Counted from the first letter of the stretch, positions 9,563-22,009 are shown. The stretch: DNA of 64,000 nucleotides from an uncultured Ectothiorhodospiraceae bacterium (GCA_947258515.1 CAMYIO010000013.1:760-64759), one strand, 5' to 3'. Notes: generated by a model from the letters alone, not told the origin. Numbers and translations are program-made.

Positions 9563-11176
9563 ATGGATGCATTACGCAAGAGCGTTACAATACTCACCTT
9601 CCTGCTTGCCGGTGGTTGTGCAAGCGTTGATCGCGTTGCAGATACACCTGCTGATAATGCACCAGCCACTGAAACCAACAAATCCGGATCGCTGCACGTC
9701 ATAACGCTCACACGCGAACCCGTCGAGCCATTTGATGACAGCGCCGGTGACAGCGCCGTAATAAACGAAGTCATCATCGAAGAGCCCGCTGAATTCTGGG
9801 AACAGCTACGTCAGGGATTTCGCCTGCCTGGCTCGCAACAGAGTGCCGTTACCGCACGTGCGGCCAGGTACGGCAGATACCCGCGACAGGTTGAACGCAT
9901 ATTCAGACGTGGCGAACCCTACCTTGCCTATATTTTGAGTGAGGTACAAAAGCGCAATTTCCCGACCGAGATTGCATTACTGCCGTTTGTTGAAAGTGGC
10001 TATGACCCGTTTGCATTTTCCTATGGTCGCGCCGCCGGTATGTGGCAGTTCATTCCGGCTACCGGAAAACTGTACGGCCTGCAACAGGACTGGTGGTACG
10101 ACGGACGTCGTGACGTCGTGGAATCGACACAGGCTGCATTGAATTATCTGGATTATCTGCAGAACAAGTTCGAGGGTGACTGGCTACTGGCTGTTGCCGC
10201 CTACAACTCGGGCAGTGGCGCTGTCAGCAAGGCCATCAAGAAAAACCGCAAGGCAGGCAAACCGACCGATTTCTGGCATTTACAATTGCCGAAAGAGACA
10301 GCCGCCTATGTGCCCAAGTTACTCGCGATCAGCAGCGTTGTCAGGCACCCTGACAAATACAACATCAGTTTCTCACCCGTCGAGACGCAACCCGCCTTTA
10401 CCGTCGTTGAAACGCCGGGTCAAATGGATATTAGCGTCGCCGCCGAGCTTGCGGGGATGGATACCGAAGCGCTGTACCTGCTGAACCCCGGCTACAACCG
10501 CTGGACAACACACCCCGATGGCCCGCACCAGCTTGTCGTACCGGTCACGCATTCGACGACTTTTAAAGAGAACATAGCAACGCTGCCCGAGTCGCAACTT
10601 ACCCGTCTGGTCCGGCACAAGGTGCAAAGCGGCGAGACCCTGTCGCAAATTGCACAGCGCAACAACACCACCACCAACGCATTACTCAGCAGCAACCAGC
10701 TGAACAACACCCTGATACGCAGCGGTCAGTACTTACTGGTACCGGTTGGCCAGCAGGATGCATCGCAGTACGCGACACTGAACCGCAGGATCCAGGCTGC
10801 TAACGGTGCACGCAGCAAGCAAACCTACAGCGTACGCCATGGCGACAGTCTATGGACCATCGCACGCAAGTACCGTGTCACGGTACAGCAGGTCAGCAGC
10901 TGGAACAAACTGGACGCCAGGGCACCGATCAAACCCGGACAAAAACTGTTCATATACAAAAACAGCACGGGCAGCAATGCAACAAGCCGTGTACAAACGG
11001 TTGTCTACACGGTACGCAGCGGTGACTCGCTGTACCTGATCTCGAAGAAATTCAATGTCAGCGTCAATGATTTACGTCGCTGGAACAACCTGGGCAAGGA
11101 TAAATACCTGCAACCGGGACAGAGCCTCAAGTTATACGTCGACGTCACACACGTGACCGGAAACAGCCAGGGTTAA
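9563..11176 (+). CDS. mltD: membrane-bound lytic murein transglycosylase D (lipoprotein; SLT domain + 3 LysM)
   Basis: Lipobox LLAGGC. SLT catalytic region (ESGYDPFAFSYGRAAGMWQF). C-terminal LysM repeats. Confidence 0.9.
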   Translation: MDALRKSVTILTFLLAGGCASVDRVADTPADNAPATETNKSGSLHVITLTREPVEPFDDSAGDSAVINEVIIEEPAEFWEQLRQGFRLPGSQQSAVTARAARYGRYPRQVERIFRRGEPYLAYILSEVQKRNFPTEIALLPFVESGYDPFAFSYGRAAGMWQFIPATGKLYGLQQDWWYDGRRDVVESTQAALNYLDYLQNKFEGDWLLAVAAYNSGSGAVSKAIKKNRKAGKPTDFWHLQLPKETAAYVPKLLAISSVVRHPDKYNISFSPVETQPAFTVVETPGQMDISVAAELAGMDTEALYLLNPGYNRWTTHPDGPHQLVVPVTHSTTFKENIATLPESQLTRLVRHKVQSGETLSQIAQRNNTTTNALLSSNQLNNTLIRSGQYLLVPVGQQDASQYATLNRRIQAANGARSKQTYSVRHGDSLWTIARKYRVTVQQVSSWNKLDARAPIKPGQKLFIYKNSTGSNATSRVQTVVYTVRSGDSLYLISKKFNVSVNDLRRWNNLGKDKYLQPGQSLKLYVDVTHVTGNSQG

Positions 11177-11185
11177 TTGACGCAG

Positions 11186-11815
11186 TCACCCTGTGCCGTT
11201 ATCCGTCCCGGCATTCAGCGGATACTCCTTGAGCAATTTTCCGGAACCTGCGCCGCAACTGATCACAGAACGCATGGCGTCCTGCACGGGAACAGCCACC
11301 GGATGCACGTACTTTCCTTCCAGATGGTAGATAAGCCCGGACGTCGGATTCGGTCCGGTTGGCACGAACACCGTAAAACTGCCATCGTCATGTGTATCCG
11401 TGACGAAGCAGGTTACCAGCGTTGAATTGCAGAAAATCTGCGCCAGCGCCACGGACGAAAAGGGTGAATCCTTGCGATTGCCGAACAGCTGCAGCACGGT
11501 GTCCTTGATCATCGAGTAGCCCGGCGCCAGCTTCAGTATCCGTGTTTCCACCAGCCGGTAGAGCAGATCACCAAGACGCGTCCGTACCAGCATACCGACG
11601 AAGAAACAGGTCGCCAGAATCAAAATAATAGAGAATGATTCCGCTATAAATTCATTAAGTTGCAAATCTTTTGTAAGAAGTCGCGTTAGCGGTGAAATCC
11701 AGCCGGTTATAAGGTTAAATACCCAAACGGTTACCGAGACCAGGATGGCGACAGGCAGTATCACGACCACCCCACCCAGCAGCGAAGTCTTCAGAAATAG
11801 TTTTAGTTTGTCCAT
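11186..11815 (-). CDS. DUF502-family membrane protein
   Basis: N-terminal TM hairpin and a conserved DUF502-like core. Pattern-based call. Confidence 0.6.
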   Translation of the reverse strand: MDKLKLFLKTSLLGGVVVILPVAILVSVTVWVFNLITGWISPLTRLLTKDLQLNEFIAESFSIILILATCFFVGMLVRTRLGDLLYRLVETRILKLAPGYSMIKDTVLQLFGNRKDSPFSSVALAQIFCNSTLVTCFVTDTHDDGSFTVFVPTGPNPTSGLIYHLEGKYVHPVAVPVQDAMRSVISCGAGSGKLLKEYPLNAGTDNGTG

Positions 11816-11930
11816 CGATATGCCCTGGAATTAAAAATGTCCCGCAGGAGCCGGCGTGCTCGCCGCAATGAACAGTAATCGCGCCGTGGACGGCATTCCT
11901 GCGCCAATCAGTAATACGTGCAGGGGCTGC

Positions 11931-13335
<1,405 letters not shown>

Positions 13336-13371
13336 ATGTCTTTTAAAACCGCTTGTAAAATTAATTCACTT

Positions 13372-13435
13372 GTAGGAGCGGATCGCATTCGCGATTTCTG
13401 CTGGAATACTGTTCGCGCTTGCGAAGCGCTCCTGC
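13372..13435. repeat. REP-like palindromic element copy 2 (degenerate right arm), between prfB and lysS
   Basis: GTAGGAGCGGATCGCATTCGCGA ... TCGCGCTTGCGAAGCGCTCCTGC. Confidence 0.7.
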
Positions 13436-13449
13436 AATAATAGATACAA

Positions 13450-14548
13450 CTACAACCCGCTCTTCAGGCTGGCCTCGATAAACTGGTCAAGGTCACCATC
13501 CAGTACCGCCTGGGTATTGCCTACCTCGACACCGGTACGCAGATCCTTGATGCGTGACTGGTCCAGCACGTAGGACCGGATCTGGCTGCCCCAGCCAATA
13601 TCGGACTTGGTTTCTTCCAGCGCCTGCTGGTCAACGCTGCGCTTCTGGATTTCCAGCTCGTAGAGCTTTGACTTGAGCTGTTTCATCGCCGTGGCCTTGT
13701 TCTTGTGCTGGGAGCGGTCGTTCTGGCACTGCACCACTACACCGGTTGGTTCGTGGGTAATACGCACCGCCGACTCGGTACGGTTGACGTGCTGACCACC
13801 GGCACCACTGGCGCGGTAAACATCGATCCTGAGGTCCGCCGGATTGATATCGATATCGATGTCATCATCGATTTCCGGCGATACGAACACGGCGGCAAAC
13901 GAGGTATGGCGGCGGTTTCCTGAATCGAACGGTGATTTACGTACCAGCCGGTGCACCCCGATCTCGGTGCGCAACCAGCCGAAAGCATAGTCGCCGTCCA
14001 TCCTGATGGTCGCACTCTTGATACCGGCGACCTCACCCGGCGACACCTCGATTAATTCCGTCTTGAAACCGTGGCGTTCAGCCCAGCGCAAATACATACG
14101 CAGCAGCATCTCGGCCCAGTCCTGTGCTTCAGTCCCCCCGGAACCGGACTGAATGTCGACAAAGGCACTGGCCTCGTCCATTTCACCGGAGAACATGCGC
14201 CGGAACTCAAGCCTGGCGATATCGGCTTCCAGCACGTGGATGTCTTCCTCGACCGCATCCAGCGTTTCCTGGTCGCCTTCCTCGGCCGCGAACTCAAGCA
14301 GCTCGCTGGCATCCTGCAGCGAGCGGGACATGTTGTTCAGGGTACTGACGACCTCTTCGAGCCGCACCCGTTCACGGCCAAGCTCCTGCGCACGTTCCGG
14401 GTTGTTCCAGACTTCCGGCTCCTCCAGCTCGCGGATGACTTCCGTCAGTCGTTCATTCTTGCTATCGAGGTCAAAGATACCCCCTGAGGGCCGCCGAGCG
14501 CCCGTCGAGATCTTTAATCTGGTTGCGTATGGAAGTCAGGTCAGACAT
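13450..14548 (-). CDS. prfB: peptide chain release factor 2, with programmed +1 frameshift
   Basis: Frame 0 gives [25 protein letters not shown] then UGA. The +1 frame continues DLDSKNERL... into ORF 13450..14367, with SPF and GGQ motifs. Confidence 0.93.
14471..14486 (-). promoter_or_regulatory. prfB: prfB autoregulatory +1 frameshift site (SD-like AGGGGG, then UAU CUU UGA C)
   Basis: Identical in architecture to the E. coli prfB recoding site. Confidence 0.9.
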
Positions 14549-14823
14549 ATGTAAGGCATTATTTGTACAGGCAATTTGAAGCGCGCAATGATACTACTGT
14601 TAAGCAAATAAGAAAACAGGGAGCAACTGATTTGCTCGATGGGCAGATGAACGTGCAGGGCCCTGTTCGTAAACTCATCACCGAAACCGATGATGAGCGG
14701 CGGCCACTGGCGCTGCTCCGCCTGCTGCAGAAAATCACTTACAAACGGAATTATTAATACCTTACCAAAAATACTACCGTGTTTTCCCGTGGTCATACTA
14801 TTCACTTCTTTCAGGCTGAACCA

Positions 14824-16545
14824 CTACGATAGCGCCTCGACATATTCAACAATCAATTGCGGACTGACGATACCGCGAAACTCGTTGGCATCGAGACGAT
14901 AGGCCATGCGGACCTGCCGGCAGTCGGCCGGGAGTTCCGCTGTGTTGAAGGCGATGCCATCAATCTGGCAACTGCCCTGCGCCGGCTGCAGGGTCATCTT
15001 CAGGTGCTTTTCGCCGACGACACGATAACCCAGTACCGTAAAGTCACCCTCAAACAGCGGTGCCGGAAACCCCTGTCCCCAGGGACTGGCGTCACGCAGC
15101 AGCTGCGCAGTATCCAGCGACAGTTCCTCATCACTGAGTTCGCCATCCGAGTAGATGACACCGGTGAGGTCATCCGCTGATAAATGCCGGACCACCTCAT
15201 CATTGAAGGCGGCCGCGAATGCCGGGTAATTATGCTCCGCAAGACCCAGGCCGGCCGCCATGGCATGACCGCCAAACTTGTCGATCAGACCGGGATGACG
15301 CGTCGCGACTGCCTCCAGTGCGTCACGAATATGCAGACCACTGACCGAGCGTGCCGAACCCTTCAGCTCCCCTTCCCCACTGCGCGCGAAGGCAATGACC
15401 GGGCGATGAAAACGCTCCTTGATGCGGGACGCGAGGATACCGATGACGCCCTGGTGCCAGTCCGGCTCAAACAGGCACAGGCCAACAGGTAACTGCTCGT
15501 CTTTCAGGTCCAGTCCCGCTATCACCTGCAGTGCCTGTGTCTGCATGTCAGACTCGATGTCCTTGCGGTCACGATTAAACGTGTCCAGCCGCGCAGCCAT
15601 CTGCCGTGCCGCCTGCCTGTCATCCGTCAGCAGGCATTCGATGCCCAGTGACATATCATCGAGGCGGCCAGCGGCATTCAGCCGCGGGCCGACGCCAAAG
15701 CCCATGTCGGTTGCGACCACCCGCTGCAGGTTGCGGCCGGCATTCTCCAGCAGCGCGCGGATACCCGGCACACACTGGCCGGCGCGTATGCGCTGGATAC
15801 CCTGGTGTACCAGGATGCGGTTATTGCCGTCCAGTGGCACGACATCGGCTACCGTCCCCAGTGCAACCAGGTCAAGCCACACGGCGAGGTTGGGCTCAGG
15901 CAGGCCGGCCTCCTCAAACCAGCCCCGCTCGCGCAGGCGCGCGCGCAGCGCCAGCATGACATAGAACGCCACGCCGACACCGGCCAGGTTCTTGCTGGGA
16001 AAGGGATCACCGCGCAGGTTGGGGTTCACGATGGCCTCGGCTGCCGGCAGCTGTTCACCCGGCAGATGGTGGTCAGTAATGAGCACGCGGATACCGCACT
16101 GCCTGGCCGCCGCGACACCGTCGATACTGGAGATGCCGTTATCCACGGTCATGATCAGGTCCGGCTGCCGTTCTGCGGCGACCGCAACGATCTCCGGTGT
16201 CAGCCCGTAGCCATATTCAAAACGGTTGGGGACCAGGTAATGCACATCGACGGCGCCCATGGCCCGCAATGCTCGCAGCGACAGGGCACAACTGGTGGCA
16301 CCGTCTGCATCAAAGTCGCCGACGACCATGATGCGCTGCCCGTTGGTAACGGCCTGTTGCAACAGTTCAACCGCAGCCGTCATACCACCCAGCAGTGAGG
16401 GTGACAGCAAGCGCTGCAGCGAATAATCGAGCTCATCAGTCGACTCAATCGCTCTGGCGGCATACACCCGGCGCAACACCGGGTGCAGATCATCCGGAAA
16501 CCGGTCGCACGCAGCTACGGTACGCTGGACAATTTTCCTAGTCAT
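14824..16545 (-). CDS. recJ: single-stranded-DNA-specific exonuclease RecJ
   Basis: DHH and DHHA1 motifs (VVGDFDADGATS, ITDHHLP). Collinear with E. coli RecJ. Start taken at MTRKI (overlaps upstream ORF by 8 nt). Confidence 0.92.
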   Translation of the reverse strand: MTRKIVQRTVAACDRFPDDLHPVLRRVYAARAIESTDELDYSLQRLLSPSLLGGMTAAVELLQQAVTNGQRIMVVGDFDADGATSCALSLRALRAMGAVDVHYLVPNRFEYGYGLTPEIVAVAAERQPDLIMTVDNGISSIDGVAAARQCGIRVLITDHHLPGEQLPAAEAIVNPNLRGDPFPSKNLAGVGVAFYVMLALRARLRERGWFEEAGLPEPNLAVWLDLVALGTVADVVPLDGNNRILVHQGIQRIRAGQCVPGIRALLENAGRNLQRVVATDMGFGVGPRLNAAGRLDDMSLGIECLLTDDRQAARQMAARLDTFNRDRKDIESDMQTQALQVIAGLDLKDEQLPVGLCLFEPDWHQGVIGILASRIKERFHRPVIAFARSGEGELKGSARSVSGLHIRDALEAVATRHPGLIDKFGGHAMAAGLGLAEHNYPAFAAAFNDEVVRHLSADDLTGVIYSDGELSDEELSLDTAQLLRDASPWGQGFPAPLFEGDFTVLGYRVVGEKHLKMTLQPAQGSCQIDGIAFNTAELPADCRQVRMAYRLDANEFRGIVSPQLIVEYVEALS

Positions 16546-17584
16546 GCCGGCACAAAGATTCAAATGACCTGTCGCGCTTCCAGAAGTAATGCTGCTGACG
16601 CCTGTTGATCACGAAACGCGTACGGTCACAGGGGTCAATCTCCAGGGAGCTCAGGACACCCTGTCGCAGCGCTGCAAGCACGGGGACAAACCAGTGTTTT
16701 TCAAGTTCATTGAGTGCTTCCAGCCAGTGTTCAACATCCCCGTAGCGGGCCGCACTGGCCAACACATCATTAATCAGCAGTGTGACGCCGTCACCGGCCA
16801 GTGGCAGCAGTTCCCGGGCCGCCGCAGGCACATCCATCCGCGGGATACCCGCCTGCAATGCGAGCCCCATGCCCAGCGGGTGGTCGGTGACGATCCGTGC
16901 CACACGGCTTTGCAGGGTGTCAGGCGACAGGCCGCCGCCCCAGAACCACAGGCTGTTGATAGCGGGTTCAGCGCGCTGTTCACGGGCCACGTTGACCGGG
17001 TGGTCGTGCAACAGCATCTGCACCTCATTCAGCCGCTGGCGCCACTCCGCGGCTGCTTCACCCTGTGGTAAAAATGCATTGATGTCCTGACCTGCCACCC
17101 TGGAGAGCGCTGTCGTTGTTATCCCCGGGGTTGTTGCGCACGACAGATACCAGCGCCGCGGACAGGGCGCATGCAGTTGCAGGCCATGCCCTGCATAAAA
17201 TGTATTAAAGGCAGCAACCAGTTCATCGGCTTCTTCCTGCGTCAGGAGAAAGGTAGCAGCGTCGAACAGGCGCAGACTGCTCTGATCCGCACGCAGGTGC
17301 ACAGGGTCTGCACGCATGAGGTAGCCACTGGCTGCCTGGCCGGCATCCGAGCGGTAGGTCAGCGGCGCGTCTGGCAAGTTACGCTGTCCTGACGCTTTGA
17401 ATCCGAACCAGCGATACAGTGTCTCATCCAGACCCGCGTTACCGTTATGTAGCGGTGTGCTGCGTGACAGCAAGCGATCAAGCGCAGCTGGCCGTTGTTG
17501 TAAATAATCGGACACCGGGGGATCGGACTGCGGGCCGCACAGGCCCGGGAGAAGCACTACAAGATGTTGGCGGGGTTGAGACAA
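16538..17584 (-). CDS. conserved hypothetical protein (348 aa), operonic between thrC and recJ
   Basis: Long ORF with coding-like composition. Translationally coupled to recJ. No family recognised from sequence alone. Confidence 0.5.
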   Translation of the reverse strand: MSQPRQHLVVLLPGLCGPQSDPPVSDYLQQRPAALDRLLSRSTPLHNGNAGLDETLYRWFGFKASGQRNLPDAPLTYRSDAGQAASGYLMRADPVHLRADQSSLRLFDAATFLLTQEEADELVAAFNTFYAGHGLQLHAPCPRRWYLSCATTPGITTTALSRVAGQDINAFLPQGEAAAEWRQRLNEVQMLLHDHPVNVAREQRAEPAINSLWFWGGGLSPDTLQSRVARIVTDHPLGMGLALQAGIPRMDVPAAARELLPLAGDGVTLLINDVLASAARYGDVEHWLEALNELEKHWFVPVLAALRQGVLSSLEIDPCDRTRFVINRRQQHYFWKRDRSFESLCRHD

Positions 17585-17745
17585 GGCCGGTTAATGTATC
17601 GCTCTTGCACAGAAACCGTGCAATGACCCGGGCCATATCCCCTCTCCCTGTCCCGCTTCCGGGAGGAGAGGGAACGCACCGATCAGGCACTTTCCATTGA
17701 CACGGTTGTTACATCCGGTGCTGCTCGATGCAACCGACGCAGACG

Positions 17746-18891
17746 TCATGCCATGTTGTTCAGGATGGCGTCCTTGACGGCACCCAGATCGGCATCCACA
17801 GTCATCATCGCATCCTCACCACACTGCTTGATGGCGGTATCCGGGTCTTTCAGGCCGTGACCGGTGAGTGTGCACACCACGGAACTGCCTTGCGGTATCT
17901 TGCCGGACCTGATATCGCGCAGCGCACCGGCTACCGAGGTCGCTGATGCCGGCTCGCAGAAGATGCCTTCCCTTGAAGTCAGCAGTTTCTGTGCCGCCAG
18001 GATTTCCTCGTCGCTGCACTCGTCGAACCAGCCACCGGATTCCTCCTGCACCTTCCAGGCAGGACCCCAGGATTGTGGATGACCGATACGAATGGCGGTG
18101 GCCACCGTTTCCGGGTGGTCGACCATTGCGCCGCGCATGAAGGGTGCAGAACCGGACGCCTGGTAGCCGACCATGGTGGGACGCTTGTCCGTCACGGTCT
18201 TGCCCGCATACTTGCAGTGACCGTCGCAGAAGGTGCAGGCCGCCGTTACGCAGGCAGCATCATGAGTGGCATATTCACTGTAACCAATCCAGTGCGCGGT
18301 GATATTGCCGGCATTGCCGACCGGCAGGCAGTGAAAATCCGGTGCCCGGCCGAGTTCGTCAACGATCTCGAAGGCCGCCGTTTTCTGTCCCTGCAGGCGA
18401 TAGGGATTGATCGAATTCACGATCGTTACCGGCGCATGGTCCGCGACTTCCTTGACCAGCGCCATGCCGGCATCAAAGTTACCGCGAATCTGGATAACAA
18501 CGGCACCGTGAATCATCGCCTGCGCCAGCTTGCCGAGTGCAATCTTGCCTTCCGGGATCAGCACAAAGGCGGTGATGCCGGCACGTGCCGCATACGCCGC
18601 AGCGGCCGCGGAGGTATTACCGGTCGAGGCGCAGATGATGGCGCGACTGCCCTCTTCCACCGCACGGGTCACGGCCATGGTCATGCCGCGGTCCTTGAAG
18701 GAACCGGTGGGGTTCAGGCCCTCGTACTTCACATACAGATCAACATCCTTGCCGGTCTCGCGGGGGATGTTTTCAAGCTTCACCAGCGGGGTGTTGCCTT
18801 CACCAAGACTGATAATGCGGGTGTCCGCCGTGACGGGCATACGGTCGCGATAATGCTCAATGAGTCCCGTGTAGCGTGTTGCAGTCGACAT
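17746..18891 (-). CDS. thrC: threonine synthase (short form) with Cys-rich insertion
   Basis: PLP lysine motif TGSFKDRGM and overall ThrC collinearity. Confidence 0.9.
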   Translation of the reverse strand: MSTATRYTGLIEHYRDRMPVTADTRIISLGEGNTPLVKLENIPRETGKDVDLYVKYEGLNPTGSFKDRGMTMAVTRAVEEGSRAIICASTGNTSAAAAAYAARAGITAFVLIPEGKIALGKLAQAMIHGAVVIQIRGNFDAGMALVKEVADHAPVTIVNSINPYRLQGQKTAAFEIVDELGRAPDFHCLPVGNAGNITAHWIGYSEYATHDAACVTAACTFCDGHCKYAGKTVTDKRPTMVGYQASGSAPFMRGAMVDHPETVATAIRIGHPQSWGPAWKVQEESGGWFDECSDEEILAAQKLLTSREGIFCEPASATSVAGALRDIRSGKIPQGSSVVCTLTGHGLKDPDTAIKQCGEDAMMTVDADLGAVKDAILNNMA

Positions 18892-18962
18892 GCGTTTAAT
18901 CCTTACGTAATAAAATTTAAAATCCGGCTGTTCCGCTGGAATCGTTTGCCGTGTTACCTCAA

Positions 18963-20279
18963 TCAGTCACAATCCAGATGTTCCAGGCGGATGCGCATGA
19001 TATCACCGTGAATGGTATCCAGGGCCTCGATTTGCCGAATGGCGGTATTCATCTGTCTTTCCTGCACCACATGCGTCAACAGGATAATGGATGCCTGCTC
19101 GGCACCGGGCGCCGGTTCTTTCTGCAGAATGGCCTCGATGCTGATACCGGCATCACCAAGAATGCTGGCAACACTCGCCATCACACCCGGCTTGTCGGTC
19201 ACCTGCATACGCAGGTAATAGGCCGTCTCCACCTCTTCCATGGCAATTACCGGGATATCGGCAATGGCATTCGGCTGGAAGGCCAGATGCGGTACGCGGT
19301 TTTCCGGATCCGCTGTCAGGGTACGGACAAGATCAATAATATCGGCAACCACCGCTGAGGCCGTCGGTTCCGCGCCGGCACCGGCACCGTAGTAGAGCGT
19401 TGCACCGACGGCATCGGCATTCACCAGCACCGCGTTCATGACACCGTCGACATTGGCAATCAGGCGCCGTTCCGGGATGAGCGTTGGATGGACGCGCATC
19501 TCAATACCCTTGTCCGTGCGCCGCGTATAACCGAGGTGCTTGATGCGGTAACCGAACGCCTCGGCATAGGCAACGTCCTCACGGGTAATGCGGCTGATAC
19601 CCTCGGTGTACACCTTGTCAAACTGCAACGGGATACCAAAGGCAATCGATGCCAGGATGGTCAGCTTGTGTGCCGCGTCGATACCCTCGACATCAAAGGT
19701 CGGGTCCGCCTCGGCATAACCCAGCGCCTGCGCCTCCCTGAGCACATCGTCGAAGTCACGGCCCTTGTCGCGCATCTCGGTGAGGATGAAGTTACCGGTA
19801 CCATTGATAATACCGGTCAGCCAGTGGATCTTGTTCGCCGACAGGCCCTCGCGCAATGCCTTGATAATCGGGATACCACCCGCCACGGCCGCCTCGAAAG
19901 CCACCATGACGCCCTTGTCCTGTGCAGCACTGAAAATCTCGTTGCCGTGCAGGGCAATCAGTGCCTTGTTGGCGGTCACCACGTGCTTGCCGTTGGCGAT
20001 CGCCTTCAGCACCAGTTCGCGGGCCGGCTCATAACCGCCAATCAGTTCGACAATGATGTCGATGTCGGGATTGTCGACAACAGCAAAGGCATCGTCGCTG
20101 ACATTGATGGCCTCTATTCCCGGTAGACCCGCGGCATCGAATTCACGCGCAGCGGCATGTGTGATGCGTATACCACGACCGGCACGCCGGGTGATTTCCG
20201 CGGCATTGCGATTAAGGACATTAAACGTACCGCCACCCACTGTGCCGAGGCCCAGCAGACCAACATTAACCGGATTCAA
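18963..20279 (-). CDS. hom: homoserine dehydrogenase (with C-terminal ACT domain)
   Basis: Start assigned to TTG (LNPVNVGLLGLGTVG), 8 nt after an AGGAGGG RBS. Confidence 0.9.
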   Translation of the reverse strand: MNPVNVGLLGLGTVGGGTFNVLNRNAAEITRRAGRGIRITHAAAREFDAAGLPGIEAINVSDDAFAVVDNPDIDIIVELIGGYEPARELVLKAIANGKHVVTANKALIALHGNEIFSAAQDKGVMVAFEAAVAGGIPIIKALREGLSANKIHWLTGIINGTGNFILTEMRDKGRDFDDVLREAQALGYAEADPTFDVEGIDAAHKLTILASIAFGIPLQFDKVYTEGISRITREDVAYAEAFGYRIKHLGYTRRTDKGIEMRVHPTLIPERRLIANVDGVMNAVLVNADAVGATLYYGAGAGAEPTASAVVADIIDLVRTLTADPENRVPHLAFQPNAIADIPVIAMEEVETAYYLRMQVTDKPGVMASVASILGDAGISIEAILQKEPAPGAEQASIILLTHVVQERQMNTAIRQIEALDTIHGDIMRIRLEHLDCD

Positions 20280-20284
20280 GTGAA

Positions 20285-21499
20285 TTACCCTCCTGATACT
20301 CTTGCCTGACCGAGATCCCTGTTGAACATATCCCGGATACAACGAATCGCCTGTCGTGTGCGGTGTGGATTTTCTATCAGGCCGAACCTGACGTAATCAT
20401 CGCCATATTCACCGAATCCGATCCCGGGTGACACGGCAACCTTGGCATCGCTTAACAGCTTCTTGGAAAACTCAAGGGAACCCATTGACTGGTAGGGTTC
20501 CGGTATTTTTGCCCACACGAACATGGTGGCCCTGGGGACATCCACCGGCCAGCCGAGTGAGTGCAGGCCGTCACAGAGCACGTCGCGACGCTCGCGGTAC
20601 ATGTCTACAATCTCTGCCACGCAATCCTGCGGACCTTCAAGCGCGGCAATCGCGGCCACCTGGATGGGTGTGAACATGCCGTAATCCAGGTATGACTTCA
20701 TGCGCGTCAGGGCAGCAACCAGTGTTTCATTGCCGCACATAAAACCGACCCGCCAGCCCGGCATATTGTAACTCTTGGACAAGGAGAAGAATTCGACGGC
20801 CACATCGATGGCACCCTCGACCTGCAGTATGGATGGTGCGGTGTAGCCGTCGAACACCAGGTCCGCATAGGCCAGATCCTGGATGACCCATATTTCATGT
20901 TCGCGTGCAATGGCAACGACCTTCTCGAAGAATTCCAGTTCGACACATTGTGTGGTCGGGTTACCCGGGAAATTCAGCACCAGCATCTTGGGTTTCGGCC
21001 AGGAATCCTTGATGGCCTTTTCCAGTTCGGCAAAGAAGTCCACATCCGGGCGCAGCGGCACATGGCGGATATCGGCGCCGGCAATGGCGAAACCGTAAGG
21101 GTGGATGGGATAGGCCGGGTTCGGTACCAGCACGGCATCGCCGGGGCCGACGGTCGCCAGCGCCAGGTGCGCCAGACCCTCCTTGGAACCGATGGTGACA
21201 ATAGCCTCCCGGTCGGGATCGAGATCGACATCGTAACGGCGTTTGTACCAGTCACAGATGGCCTTGCGCAGGCGCGGGATGCCGCGTGACAGCGAATAGC
21301 GGTGGGTGTCGCCGCGCTGTGCGGCCTCGACCAGCTTGTCCACGATGTGTTGCGGCGTCGGCTGGTCAGGATTACCCATGCCGAAGTCAATAATATCCTC
21401 GCCCCGCGCCCGTGCCGCCGCTTTCAACTCATTGACAATGTTGAAAACATAGGGGGGCAGCCGCTTGATGCGGGCAAATTCTTCTATCACGCTGAACAC
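20285..21499 (-). CDS. PLP-dependent class I aminotransferase (AlaC/alanine transaminase-like)
   Basis: Fold-type I aminotransferase motifs (NPxNPTG-like, [12 protein letters not shown] with Schiff-base Lys). Immediately upstream of hom. Confidence 0.8.
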   Translation of the reverse strand: MFSVIEEFARIKRLPPYVFNIVNELKAAARARGEDIIDFGMGNPDQPTPQHIVDKLVEAAQRGDTHRYSLSRGIPRLRKAICDWYKRRYDVDLDPDREAIVTIGSKEGLAHLALATVGPGDAVLVPNPAYPIHPYGFAIAGADIRHVPLRPDVDFFAELEKAIKDSWPKPKMLVLNFPGNPTTQCVELEFFEKVVAIAREHEIWVIQDLAYADLVFDGYTAPSILQVEGAIDVAVEFFSLSKSYNMPGWRVGFMCGNETLVAALTRMKSYLDYGMFTPIQVAAIAALEGPQDCVAEIVDMYRERRDVLCDGLHSLGWPVDVPRATMFVWAKIPEPYQSMGSLEFSKKLLSDAKVAVSPGIGFGEYGDDYVRFGLIENPHRTRQAIRCIRDMFNRDLGQARVSGG

Positions 21500-21631
21500 C
21501 GCTTATATCGTTGAATATGAAGAGATTACAGTAATTGACCGGGACTGCCAAACTTCTTTATGAAAGACATCGGGACAGGGCATTCCGCTGCTTGCTTGCC
21601 ACCCCCGGCCGGCCTGCGTATCTTCTCCGGC

Positions 21632-22009
21632 ATGCATTTTAGCCAGGACTCTTTTGCAATCAACAGTATCCGCGCCTACGGCGACGGCGAAATCACGATT
21701 AACGATAAGACCATCGTACAGAGCGTGGTGATTACAGCGGACAGTATCCTGTTGTGGGAACCGCGCAGCATCGATGAACTGACTGCTGCGCATTTAGACC
21801 GGCTGGGTGAGCTGGACCCGGAAATCGTCATTATCGGGACCGGCAGGCAACTGGTCTTCCCGGCACAGGCATTAACGGCCGGTTTGCAGGTCCGCGGCAT
21901 TGGTGTGGAGATCATGGCACATGACGCCGCCTGCCGAACCTTCAATATCCTGCTGGCGGAAGACCGGCGCGTGGTGGCAGCGCTGATGATGAACAAGACG
22001 ACCCTGTAG
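21632..22009 (+). CDS. Mth938-like (DUF498) domain protein
   Basis: About 125 aa starting MHFSQDSFAINSIRAYGDGEITIN. The stop TAG lies inside the REP-like element. Confidence 0.6.
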   Translation: MHFSQDSFAINSIRAYGDGEITINDKTIVQSVVITADSILLWEPRSIDELTAAHLDRLGELDPEIVIIGTGRQLVFPAQALTAGLQVRGIGVEIMAHDAACRTFNILLAEDRRVVAALMMNKTTL

